A DNA stretch of 64,000 nucleotides from Candidatus Latescibacterota bacterium (GCA_965198115.1 OZ240241.1:1088001-1152000); one strand, 5' to 3'; positions 1 through 9,330 are shown, counted from the first letter of the stretch. Numbers and translations are program-made. Notes: a model not told the origin generated them from the letters alone.

Positions 1-2
1 GG

Positions 3-2231
3 GTCTGCGCCGAACAGGAAGGGGACTACGCGATCAGCATCAAGGGGAGGGGATTCGGGACACAGATCACGACTGAGTTCGACGAGCAACTGCGCAACTC
101 CTCGTGCACCTTCTGTGGGCAATGCGTGCAGACCTGTCCGACGGGCGCACTTGCAGACAGGAAGGCTCTGCGTGCAATGGACGCGCCTGGCGAAATCGAG
201 GAGACGCGCTCGGTTTGTCCTTACTGTGGCGTGGGCTGCTCGGTCGATCTGATGACAAAAGAAGATCGACTCATCGGAATCCGTCCGGCTATGGATGGGC
301 CCGCCAACGAGGGAGCCCTGTGCGTGAAGGGGCAGTTTGCGTTCGACTTCGTTCAACATTCCGACCGATTGAAGCGGCCTCTTGTGCGGAACGGTCAAGG
401 GGACCTAGAGGAAACGGACTGGGATACTGCCCTCGACCGGGCCGCGGACGGCTTCAGGTCCGTGTTGGCCGAACACGGGCGTCACGCCATCTACGGTGTG
501 GCATCAGGAAGAACCCCGTCCGAGGCCAACTACATCATGCAAAAGTTCATCCGAGTGGGGTTCGGGTCCAATTACATAGACAACTGTAGCCGTGCCTGAC
601 ACGCTCCCACGGTTGCCGGTCTGGCAGCCACGATCGGAAGAGGAGCGATGTCGAACCCCCTGGAGGACATGGAAAAGCCCGATGTCATCTTCTGCATCGG
701 GACGAACATGACCGAATGCCATCCCGTTGCGGCCACACGAATCAAAAAGGCCGTGGCGCGTGGCGCCAGGCTCGTCGTGGCGGATCCGCGCAGGATCCCG
801 CTCGCAGACATGGCCGACCTCTACCTGCCCCTGCGTGTAGGGTCTGACACGGCACTGCTTCTCGGCATGGCTCACGTTATCGCCCGCGATGGATTGGTCA
901 ATCGCCGGTTTGTCGACGATCGAACAACCGAGAGCGACCCGTTCCTCGAACACGTTACCCAGTCCACGCCGGAATGGGCCGAACGGATATCTGGCGTTCC
1001 AGCCAGGGACATCGAGCGGGCAGCCAAGTGGTACGGGGAGGCCGAACGGGGTGCCATTTACTATACCCTGGGCATCACCGAACACATCTGCGGCGTCGAC
1101 AATGTGCAGAGCTTGTGCAACCTGGCCTTGATGACCGGCAACATCGGTCGAGAGGGAACAGGCGTGAACCCCATGCGTGGCCAAAACAACATCCAGGGCG
1201 CCGGTGACAGCGGGGCGATCCCGTCCAATTATCCGGGATTTCAGTCGGTCGAAGATCCGACTAATCAGAAAAAGTTCGCAGCGGCCTACGGGCGGGAAGT
1301 CGACCTGCAAAAAGGGATCACAAAGGTCCGGGCCCTCGAACAGTGTGGCGAGCACATCCACGCTATGTTGATCGACGGCGAGAACACGGTGGTTTCGGAT
1401 CCGGACAGGGCACATTGCGAACACGCCCTGGATGCGCTCAAACACCTGGTGGTGATCGACATCTTTCTGACGGAGACGGCCGAACTCGCCGATGTCGTCC
1501 TGCCTGCAACAGCGTGGGCTGAGACGGATGGCGTCTTTACGAACACCGAAAGACGCGTTCAGCGGGTCAGGGCGGCGGTATCACCGCAGGGTGACGCCAA
1601 ACCCGATTGGTGGATTGTCTGCCAAATTGCAAGACGCCTGGGCTTCGAGGGTTTCCAGTTTGACGATCCCAAATCGATTTTCAACGAACTTTGCAGTCTG
1701 TCCACAATCTACGCTGGGTTGAATTGGGACCGGGTCGAAAAAGGCGAATACCAGTGGCCTGTTCCCGAAGACGGCCATCCCGGGACGCCCATCCTTCACG
1801 AGGGCGAATTTCCGAACGGCCGCGGTATCTTCAAAGTCATCGGCTATCGGGATCCTGCAGAGACGATCGACGAGGATTACCCGGTCTGGCTCACGACGGG
1901 GCGGCGGCTCGCCTCCTACCACACTCGAACCCAGACTGGCCGGGCCAGGGGTATCGACTATTTGCTTTCGGAGGAGGCTTTGGAGGTTCATCCCGATGAT
2001 GTCTCGGCGTGGGGTCTGAGGGACGGCGCCTGGTGCTCGATCGCCAGTCGCCGGGGAACCGTTCGGGTCAAAGTCCGCGCAACCGACCGGTCACCAAGGG
2101 GGACGGTCTTCGCGAGTTTCAGCTTCAACGACGTGCCCATCAACACCTTGACCGGCTCGGGCTACGACCCCACGACCGACACGGCCGAACTGAAAGTCTG
2201 TCCGGTCAGGGTCGAACCTGACGAGGGGTGA
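3..2231 (+). CDS. fdhF: Selenocysteine-containing formate dehydrogenase alpha subunit (5' end outside window); the two track ORFs 126-599 and 648-2231 are one gene read through TGA 597-599
   Basis: Frame is open from position 3 (CTFCGQCVQTCP and CPYCGVGC Fe-S motifs). NCSRA-TGA-HAPTVAGLAATIGRGAMSN continues in frame and matches the FDH C-x-R-x-U-H active site. Downstream are the molybdopterin oxidoreductase motifs RGQNNIQG and TNTERRVQ. Confidence 0.95.
597..629 (+). promoter_or_regulatory. Sec UGA codon plus bacterial SECIS hairpin
   Basis: TGA, an 11-nt spacer, then GGTTGCC-GGTCT-GGCAGCC (611-629), closely resembling the E. coli fdhF SECIS. Confidence 0.9.
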
Positions 2232-3052
2232 GCTTGGCGTCCCAATCGGCAGTTTCGCGCGAAATCGAACGCATTGACGGCGACCGGAAGTCGGTCGAAG
2301 ACCGAGTCGCGGTAGAGGAACCCCTCGAAATCCGTGTGGCGGGAGAGACGGTGGCTATCACGATGAGAACACCGGGAGAAGATCGATGGCTCACCGCCGG
2401 TTTCCTCATCGCCGAAGGGATCGTCCAAGACCTCGGGGACATATCCCGCATCTACCACTGCGGGAGACCGGGCACGGAGGGCTACGGAAACGCGATCGAT
2501 GCGGTTCCCGCCGCCGGCCTAGTCCTGCCGATCGAAAAGACAGATGCGAGCCGAAGGGGTACGCTGACGACATCCGCCTGCGGCGTCTGCGGTCGACAGA
2601 GCATCGACGACCTTATAGCGCGCTGCGAAGTCGTCGAGGATTCGGTTTCGATCGACGTCGGCGTTATCGGTTCAGTCGTGGAGGCGCTTCGAACGAAACA
2701 AGGTGTTTTCGACGAGACCGGAGGCGTGCACGCGGCCGCCCTTGCCAACGAGGCCGGTGAAATTGTCGTCTGCTGTGAAGACATTGGAAGACATAACGCA
2801 GTCGATAAGGTCTTCGGTGCCCTGGCACTCGGCGAAGCCGATTCGGGCGAGCCGGCCATTCTGGCTGTGAGCGGCAGGGCGAGTTTCGAGATCGTTCAAA
2901 AAGCTGCGGCTTCCCGTGTTCCCATCGTGGCCAGCGTCTCCGCGGCGAGTTCGCTGGCCGTAGACCTGGCCCATCGGCTGGGCATCACCCTCGTTGGATT
3001 CGTACGGGGAAAACGCATGAACATCTACACGCATTCTGAACGGATTTCGTGA
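2228..3052 (+). CDS. fdhD: Formate dehydrogenase accessory sulfurtransferase FdhD
   Basis: Motifs EEPLEI, TMRTPG, CGVCG, TGGVHAA, EDIGRHNAVDK; GTGA overlap with the fdh stop. Confidence 0.95.
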   Translation: MSLASQSAVSREIERIDGDRKSVEDRVAVEEPLEIRVAGETVAITMRTPGEDRWLTAGFLIAEGIVQDLGDISRIYHCGRPGTEGYGNAIDAVPAAGLVLPIEKTDASRRGTLTTSACGVCGRQSIDDLIARCEVVEDSVSIDVGVIGSVVEALRTKQGVFDETGGVHAAALANEAGEIVVCCEDIGRHNAVDKVFGALALGEADSGEPAILAVSGRASFEIVQKAAASRVPIVASVSAASSLAVDLAHRLGITLVGFVRGKRMNIYTHSERIS

Positions 3053-4834
3053 ATGTCGACCGATTCCATCACTGATCGGATCGACGCCCTCCGCGACCTC
3101 ATGCGGGATGAGGGGGTTGCGGCCTTCCTCGTTCCCAGCACTGACGAGCACCAGAACGAGTATGTGCCCGCGTGGTGGCGACGACGGGAGTGGATCTCCG
3201 GTTTCACCGGGTCGGCGGGCGACGTGGTCGTAACGACGGTCGATGCGAAGCTATGGACCGACAGCCGGTACCATCTGCAAGCGGCCGAGCAGTTGAAAGG
3301 CTCTGGCGTCGAACTGATGAAAATCGGACGGCCTGATGTGCCGACCCTGGCCGAGTGGCTGGCGTCGACCCTTTCGAGGGATGAGAGGGTCGGATTCGAT
3401 CCCGATGTCCTCTCGAGAAGGGTCCACTCGGACCTGCTCGAAGAGCTGTCACGGAAGGGGATAGAGCTGCATCCCCTGGAGCGGAACCTGGTCGACAAGA
3501 TCTGGACCGACCGCCCGGACGTGTCCAATCGGTCTGTGCGAGTGCTCGAAGAGACTTATGCGGGCGAGCCGGTTCGCGATAAGCTAACGCGTGTGCGTGA
3601 GAAGATGGCCGAGGCTGGAGCCGACGTGCACATCCTTTCATCGCTGGACGCGATTGCGTGGCTCTTTAACCTGCGCGGTGACGATGTAGACTACAACCCT
3701 GTTTTTCTGGCTCACGCGGCGGTGACGTCGGATTCCGCGTATCTCTTCATCAATGAACGCAAGCTGAATGGCGACGTTCGGGCTGCCCTGGACGGTGACG
3801 TAGAGATTCGCCCCTACGAAGCCGTCGGTGCGTTCGTTGCTTCGTGTCAGTCCGACGCGCTTCTGATTTGGGCGGACCCCGAGGCGACAAGCCACAACCT
3901 TGCGCCCGAGAAGGGTGTGGAAAAGCGGTCTCCCGTGGTCGACCTCAAGGCCGTGAAGAATCCGGTGGAACTCAATGGCTTCCGAAGGGCGCACATCGAG
4001 GACGGTGTCGCCATGGTGGCCTTCATCAGATGGCTCGAGGAACACGTTCCCGCAGGCGACGTCGACGAAATGCGGGCTGCCGAGAAGTTGCTGTCGTTTC
4101 GTCGGAAAGGAAACGGGTTCGTCGGAGCCAGTTTCGGAACGATCTCCTCCTACGGGCCCCACGGCGCAATGAATCACTACGCGGTGAGTAACGAGTCCAA
4201 CATACCGCTCGGCACAGACTCGCTGTATCTGGTCGACTCTGGAGGACAGTACAGTTACGGCACGACGGACATCACCCGAACGTTCTGTTTCGGAAAGCCC
4301 ACGCACGAGCAGGTCGAGATGTACACGCGCGTTCTGAAAGGACATATCGCCATCTGCACCCTATCCTTTCCCGAGGGCACCTTCGGAAGGCAATTGGATC
4401 TAGCGGCTCGCAAGCCGCTCTGGGAGGCAGGTCGAAACTATGGCCACGGAACCGGTCACGGAATCGGCCACTATCTGAATGTGCACGAAGGCCCCATTTC
4501 AATCGGCCCTCGCGGCCAGGAGGTGGCCCTGGCTACGGGCCACGTGATTTCCAACGAACCCGGCTACTACGAAGACGGAGCGTATGGAATCCGTATCGAG
4601 AACCTTCTCGCTGTAGTACCGGATCCCGATCGCTCAGCTGGAGACCAGGCTTTTTTGAAGTTCGAGAACTTGACCCGCTGCCCGATTGCGACGAATCTGG
4701 TTGACGTCAGCCTTCTCGATCAGGATGAAAGGGCCTGGCTCAACGATTTCCATCGAATAGTTCGCGAATCGCTTTCCCCGCATCTCGACACGCCGGGGCA
4801 GCAATGGCTGTCCGAACGGACGGAACCCATCTAG
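3053..4834 (+). CDS. pepP: Xaa-Pro aminopeptidase (M24B)
   Basis: Motifs DEHQNEY, SGFTGSAG, DSGGQY..GTTDITRT, HGTGHGIG..LNVHE, SNEPGYY, GIRIEN. Confidence 0.93.
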   Translation: MSTDSITDRIDALRDLMRDEGVAAFLVPSTDEHQNEYVPAWWRRREWISGFTGSAGDVVVTTVDAKLWTDSRYHLQAAEQLKGSGVELMKIGRPDVPTLAEWLASTLSRDERVGFDPDVLSRRVHSDLLEELSRKGIELHPLERNLVDKIWTDRPDVSNRSVRVLEETYAGEPVRDKLTRVREKMAEAGADVHILSSLDAIAWLFNLRGDDVDYNPVFLAHAAVTSDSAYLFINERKLNGDVRAALDGDVEIRPYEAVGAFVASCQSDALLIWADPEATSHNLAPEKGVEKRSPVVDLKAVKNPVELNGFRRAHIEDGVAMVAFIRWLEEHVPAGDVDEMRAAEKLLSFRRKGNGFVGASFGTISSYGPHGAMNHYAVSNESNIPLGTDSLYLVDSGGQYSYGTTDITRTFCFGKPTHEQVEMYTRVLKGHIAICTLSFPEGTFGRQLDLAARKPLWEAGRNYGHGTGHGIGHYLNVHEGPISIGPRGQEVALATGHVISNEPGYYEDGAYGIRIENLLAVVPDPDRSAGDQAFLKFENLTRCPIATNLVDVSLLDQDERAWLNDFHRIVRESLSPHLDTPGQQWLSERTEPI

Positions 4835-4846
4835 GAGAAGGATCCC

Positions 4847-5062
4847 ATGCCCCTCTTTGATTATGTGTGCGATGGCTGTGGACACGCATTCGAGGCACTC
4901 GTCAGTCCGGAACGAAAACCCGCGTGCCCAGCCTGCGATGGCGTCCGTTTGACCAAGGAGCTTTCACGGTTCGCGGTTGCAGCTGCCACGACAACAGGCT
5001 CGCAGCCCGCTTGCGGAACCTGCGGTGATCCCAGAGGAGCCGGAGCCTGTCAACTGGGATGA
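4847..5062 (+). CDS. FmdB-family zinc-ribbon regulatory protein
   Basis: MPLFDYVCDGCG...CPAC zinc ribbon with a C-terminal CGTC..C; RBS AGGAG. Confidence 0.85.
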   Translation: MPLFDYVCDGCGHAFEALVSPERKPACPACDGVRLTKELSRFAVAAATTTGSQPACGTCGDPRGAGACQLG

Positions 5063-5065
5063 TCA

Positions 5066-5137
5066 CAAAAAGAGGCGCCGACCTTGCGAAAGATCGACGC
5101 CTCGGGGGAATGTACACCGACACACACACTTGCCACT
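5066..5137 (-). ncRNA. Candidate sigma28-dependent small RNA (~70 nt) complementary to the flagellin 5' UTR
   Basis: Promoter TAAA-N15-GCCGATAC immediately upstream. A 14-bp stem (5072-5103) plus U5 forms a terminator whose two G.U pairs form only on the minus strand. No ORF. The 5' part GUGUGUGUCGGUG is the exact complement of flagellin mRNA at 6760-6772. Confidence 0.6.
5067..5103 (-). terminator. Intrinsic terminator
   Basis: GAGGCGUCGAUCUU-UCGC-AAGGUCGGCGCCUC-UUUUU on the minus strand. Confidence 0.85.
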
Positions 5138-5141
5138 TATT

Positions 5142-5168
5142 GTATCGGCGTGTTCTCGGATCTGTTTA
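5142..5168 (-). promoter_or_regulatory. sigma28 (FliA)-type promoter
   Basis: TAAA (5168-5165), N15, GCCGATAC (5149-5142), versus consensus TAAA-N15-GCCGATAA. Confidence 0.75.
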
Positions 5169-5175
5169 GCGGAAA

Positions 5176-5394
5176 TTACGTAAGACGTGCGACGGCACCA
5201 GGACCGTTCGGGTGGAGGGGAAGCCCCTCAGCACGATCCGACACGGCGTAGACCGTTTCTTTGACGTTGCTGCTTTCCAGGTCGATCACGTAGTGAACCC
5301 GACTCGCGTCCCAACCTTGCCTCTGAGCGAGCGCGATCAGCACCCGATGGAGTTCTTCCGCGGTTGTTCCGAATTTGACTGCGATCCGTTCCAT
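5176..5394 (-). CDS. Small hypothetical protein (72 aa)
   Basis: GGAGG RBS upstream of ATG 5394 and a TTGACA box further upstream; no recognisable motif. Confidence 0.55.
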   Translation of the reverse strand: MERIAVKFGTTAEELHRVLIALAQRQGWDASRVHYVIDLESSNVKETVYAVSDRAEGLPLHPNGPGAVARLT

Positions 5395-5467
5395 TATCTG
5401 ACCTCCGAGCGATCGTCCATCTAACCTAAAGGTCTGAAGACCACACAGAGCTGTCAAGCACCAACAG

Positions 5468-5490
5468 AAAAAGCCCCATCCGTGGGGCTT
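5468..5490 (-). terminator. Intrinsic terminator downstream of flagellin A
   Basis: AAGCCCCA-CGGA-TGGGGC followed by TTTTT on the minus strand. Confidence 0.8.
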
Positions 5491-5551
5491 CTTTCGTTCG
5501 AGGACCGAGCGAGGCCTGCTCTTCCTTGAGCGGCTAGGGTGGGGGTCTCTG

Positions 5552-6737
5552 TTACAGGAGCGAGATGACGCCCGCCGCTTGGACGTTGGCTTGCGCGAAG
5601 ACGGAAAGGCCGGTGTGTGAGAATCTGGCTTCTGGCCAGCGCCGATACCTCGAGTGCCACATCGGCATCCCTGATCGTAGAATCGCTGGCCTGATCGTTC
5701 TCCGCCATGACCTCGTTCGCACGGATATTCGTGCCCAGTCGGTTCTGTATCGAGCCGAGTCCACCGCGTGTCTGCACGACCTCCTGGATGGCAATATCGA
5801 TGTTCAAAATTGCGGACTGTGACGCCGAAGCAGAGGAGACGGAAGCAGATCCCAGGTTTAGCACGGCGCCAGAGGCTCGCATGTCACGAATCGTCGTCTC
5901 GATCCGGTGGACCGAGCCATCGTCGGGGCCGACCTGAAAAGTGCCACCGGTTCCAGACTCGATTTCGAGGGCGAGACCATTCAAGTCACCGTCGCGATAG
6001 CCATCGGTGGCCGGGTTAATGCCCTCGGCAGCGTTCTGGCCGCTCAGGACGAGCTGAATTCCAAGACGGTCGAAGTTGGCCACGACCGAAGAACCCGACG
6101 CTACGACGCCGCCCACGCCGTCCGTGTCCAGCGCGGCACCGATCGCGACCGTCTGTGTTACGGTACCGTTTCCAAGCGAAATGCTGCGGTCTCCGGCTGT
6201 GTCGGCAAACAGATAGCGACCGGTCTGGGCGCCGGAGATCTGAGTGGATGTGAGGCCGGTGGTGGGGGAGGCGAGGGCGGTGGATACTGTGACATCTGAA
6301 CTCACCGAGTTGCCGAAGCCGGTCAGCAGCGACGTGTTGTTGTAGGTGGTTGCCTGTGCTATCCGGTCGATCTCGTTGATGAGCTGAACGAACTCGGCGT
6401 TCACGGATTCGCGGTTTTGGTTGTTAACGGTCGAGCTGGCCGACTGAACGGCGAGCTCCCGCATTCTTATCAGGACGGTGTTGACCTCGTTCAGAGCGCC
6501 TTCGGCGGTCTGAATCAGATTGATCGCCTGTTCTGAATTCCGAATGCCCTGGAGGAATCCGGAGATTTCCGACCTCAGTCCTTCAGAAACGCTGAGGCCG
6601 GCCGCGTCGTCGGCCGCTCTATTGACTTTGAGCCCCGATGACAAGCGTTCGATTCGCAGTGTGAGATCCCTGGTCGTGTTCCCAAGGATTCGCATGGAGT
6701 TGAACGCAGGGATGTTGGTGTTGACTCGGAGTGGCAT
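5552..6737 (-). CDS. fliC: Flagellin A, with an apparent 2-nt deletion frameshift near 5613-5620 displacing the last ~20 codons
   Basis: N-terminal RLSSGLKVNRAADDAAGL...QTAEGAL..MRELAVQS and C-terminal IRDADVA..SQIL. The canonical end TGLSVFAQANVQAAGVISLL* lies in another frame ending at 5552. Confidence 0.92.
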
Positions 6738-6851
6738 GTGAACACCCTTGCGATGGCCAGTGTGTGTCGGTGGTTCTTCAGTTCCTCCCGTGATGGAAAA
6801 CGCCGCCCGTGGAGTGTGTGTGGTCCAAGGCGTTTCCCGGGTCTACGTGGT

Positions 6852-6879
6852 ATATCGGATACGCTTGAGCGAATCTTGA
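6852..6879 (-). promoter_or_regulatory. sigma28-type promoter of flagellin A
   Basis: TCAA(G), N16, TCCGATAT, about 115 nt upstream of the ATG. Confidence 0.6.
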
Positions 6880-6897
6880 GTTTTGGCCGGAAAAAGT

Positions 6898-7974
6898 TCA
6901 GGCGGGGGGCGACCAGATGCCGGGGAGACGATAGCCGCAGTCCTGGCAGGTACCGTTATTCTTGAGGCGAGAGGAAAGAATCGTAAAACCTAGCCGCTCG
7001 ATCAGCGTTTTCTCACACGAGGGGCAACGGGTGTGCTCGAGGTCGCCCACTCGTCCCGGTGCATTCCCGGCATAGACGAAGCGAAGGCCCTCTTCGTACC
7101 CGATTTCCACGGCGCGCCGAAGGTGGGAGACGCCCGTGGGCTCCGGATCCGTCATTTTGTAGTCGCGATGAAAGGCCGTCACGTGCCAAGGGATGTCAGG
7201 GGAAACGGATGAGATGAAGCGGGCGGCGTCACGCACCTCCGCATCGGACGTGTTCCAGCCGGGGATGAGCAGCGTGACGATCTCGAGCCAGAGTCCGCGC
7301 TCGAAAATCCCCCCGATTGAATCCAGAACGGTCTGCAGCAGGCACCCGAGCTGCCTATAGCTGCGGTCCGACATGGTCTTCAGATCGACCTTATACGCAT
7401 CCGTCTGTGCATCGATGTAATCGAGGACTTCGGGTGTGGCATTGCCGTTCGACACAAACGCTGTTAACAATCCAGCCTTACGAGCCTCCGTGAACACCGA
7501 AATCGCCCATTCGGCAGTGATAAGCGGTTCATTGTATGAGCTAACGATAGAGCCAGCGCCTCGGCTCAGCGCGGCCTGGACCAGCTCTGACTGCGTTATT
7601 TCGGTCGGGCCTCCGGTAGCGGCTGGATCCCGCAGAGCCTGTGACGTGATCCAGTTCTGGCAATACGCACAATGCAGATCGCACCCCAACATCCCGAACG
7701 TGAGCGCCTTGGAGCCTGGAAGCACGTGATAGAACGGTTTTTTCTCGATCGGGTCACATTGAACACCGGCCGCGTAGCCCCACGGGACCTCCAGTCGACC
7801 GTCCTCGTTGAACCGAACTTGACAGATACCCCGCCGACCGGGTCGAATGAGACACCGGTGACCGCAAGCGTAGCAACGTAGCGACCCGTTCTCCTCGTCT
7901 GCATAGAGGGAGCCCAGTCGGGTAAGCGAGTCTATTTTGTCGGCAAGTGAGGAGGTGGCGTCTGGCGGGGTCAT
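6898..7974 (-). CDS. amrS: AmmeMemoRadiSam-system radical SAM enzyme
   Basis: N-terminal CYACGHRC..C, DPIEKKPFYH, CDLHCAYCQN (CxxxCxxC), SYNEP, and C-terminal CPSC..CQDC. Confidence 0.9.
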   Translation of the reverse strand: MTPPDATSSLADKIDSLTRLGSLYADEENGSLRCYACGHRCLIRPGRRGICQVRFNEDGRLEVPWGYAAGVQCDPIEKKPFYHVLPGSKALTFGMLGCDLHCAYCQNWITSQALRDPAATGGPTEITQSELVQAALSRGAGSIVSSYNEPLITAEWAISVFTEARKAGLLTAFVSNGNATPEVLDYIDAQTDAYKVDLKTMSDRSYRQLGCLLQTVLDSIGGIFERGLWLEIVTLLIPGWNTSDAEVRDAARFISSVSPDIPWHVTAFHRDYKMTDPEPTGVSHLRRAVEIGYEEGLRFVYAGNAPGRVGDLEHTRCPSCEKTLIERLGFTILSSRLKNNGTCQDCGYRLPGIWSPPA

Positions 7975-7991
7975 TGGCGAGTAAAAACCTC

Positions 7992-8019
7992 TAAAGGAGT
8001 CTGTTCACTCTGTCGATAC
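7992..8019 (+). promoter_or_regulatory. sigma28-type promoter of flagellin B
   Basis: TAAA(G), N16, GTCGATAC. Confidence 0.6.
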
Positions 8020-8059
8020 TTTCCATACAACGTGGTATTACATGAGTTTTTGTAGAACC

Positions 8060-8101
8060 GAGAAGGGGATCTTCTCCGAGCAACACCTACAAGGAGGTAG
8101 G
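8060..8101 (+). promoter_or_regulatory. Two GGA-loop hairpins (CsrA-type sites) in the flagellin B 5' UTR
   Basis: GAGAAG-GGGAT-CTTCTC and CCTAC-AAGGAG-GTAGG; the second overlaps the Shine-Dalgarno. Confidence 0.55.
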
Positions 8102-8105
8102 GCTT

Positions 8106-9302
8106 ATGTCTGCGCTGGTGGTCAATCATAACATAATGGCGATCAACACCGGGCGCCATCTGAAGATCAACAACAGGGGTCTCGGGACGAATCTCGAACG
8201 TCTGTCGTCTGGTCTGAGAATCAATCGGGGAGCTGACGACCCGTCGGGTCTGCAGGTTTCCGAGGGATTTCGAGCAGAAATCGGGGGCCTTTTGACGGGC
8301 ACCCGGAATGCCGAACACGGCACGAATCTGATCCAAACGGCAGAAGGGGCTTTGAATGAGGTCAGTGCCATTCTGCTGAGGATGCGTGAGCTGGCGGTCC
8401 AGTCGGCTTCCTCGACCGTGAACGACGGCAACCGAGAAGCGATCAATGCCGAAGTCGTTCAGCTGACGTCGGAAATCGACCGAATCGCAAACTCTGCGAC
8501 CTACAACGAGCAGACTTTACTCCGTGGGTTCGGCAACACGGTCAGCCAGGATCTGACTGCCTCGAGCGTGCTTCAGTCGACGACGACAGGCGTCGTGGAC
8601 GTGAAAGTTACCGGGGCGGATTCTGGAAATTACATCTTTATCGACAGCGATCCGACAGACAACCAGATTACTTTGGGGAATGGGGTCGCAACGCAGACGA
8701 TCGACCTCGGTGCCGCCCTCGACAATGACGCCGTAGGTGGTGTCGTCGCGACCAGTTCGAGCATCATCGCGAACTTCGACCGTCTTGGGGTCCTGATCAC
8801 ACTGTCGGGTGCCCGTGCGGCGACCCTGGCTGATCCTGCGACGGACGGCTATCGGGATGGGGAGCTCAACGGGTTGACCCTGGCGGTCGATGGGGGAACG
8901 GGCGGCAGCATCCAGGTGGGTGCCGACAACCGGGCCGTCGACCGAATCGAGATCACGATCAACGATCTGTCCGCAACGGGGGCAGCGCTCGCACTGGGCG
9001 GCCTTTCTTTGAGCACGCTCGAGAGTTCGAGGAGCGCGATCTCCTCGCTCGACCTGGCGATCCAGACGATCGCCCAGATTCGAGGCGATCTCGGTGCACA
9101 GCAGAACAGGCTCGGGCACACCATCCGGAAGAACAACATCGCGATCGAGAACATGACAGCATCAGAATCTTCGATCCGAGACACAGATGTGGCGGCCGAG
9201 GTCACGACGTTCACGAAGAACCAGGTGCTGGTCCAGTCGAGCACGGCGCTCCTGGCCCAGGCCAACGCACAACCCCAGAACGCGTTGTCGCTGCTGCAGT
9301 AG
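8106..9302 (+). CDS. fliC: Flagellin B (intact)
   Basis: RLSSGLRINRGADDPSGL, QTAEGALNEV..MRELAVQS, and RGDLGAQQNRL..SESSIRDTDVA..LAQANAQPQNALSLLQ. Confidence 0.95.
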   Translation: MSALVVNHNIMAINTGRHLKINNRGLGTNLERLSSGLRINRGADDPSGLQVSEGFRAEIGGLLTGTRNAEHGTNLIQTAEGALNEVSAILLRMRELAVQSASSTVNDGNREAINAEVVQLTSEIDRIANSATYNEQTLLRGFGNTVSQDLTASSVLQSTTTGVVDVKVTGADSGNYIFIDSDPTDNQITLGNGVATQTIDLGAALDNDAVGGVVATSSSIIANFDRLGVLITLSGARAATLADPATDGYRDGELNGLTLAVDGGTGGSIQVGADNRAVDRIEITINDLSATGAALALGGLSLSTLESSRSAISSLDLAIQTIAQIRGDLGAQQNRLGHTIRKNNIAIENMTASESSIRDTDVAAEVTTFTKNQVLVQSSTALLAQANAQPQNALSLLQ

Positions 9303-9330
9303 AAGATCTTTCAGATCATCAGTGGCCTAA

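Noticed and set aside
5115-6772. 13-bp inverted repeats as an invertible flagellin phase switch
   Set aside because: No invertase nearby, and the left copy sits precisely between a sigma28 promoter and a terminator, which fits an RNA better. Kept only as an alternative.
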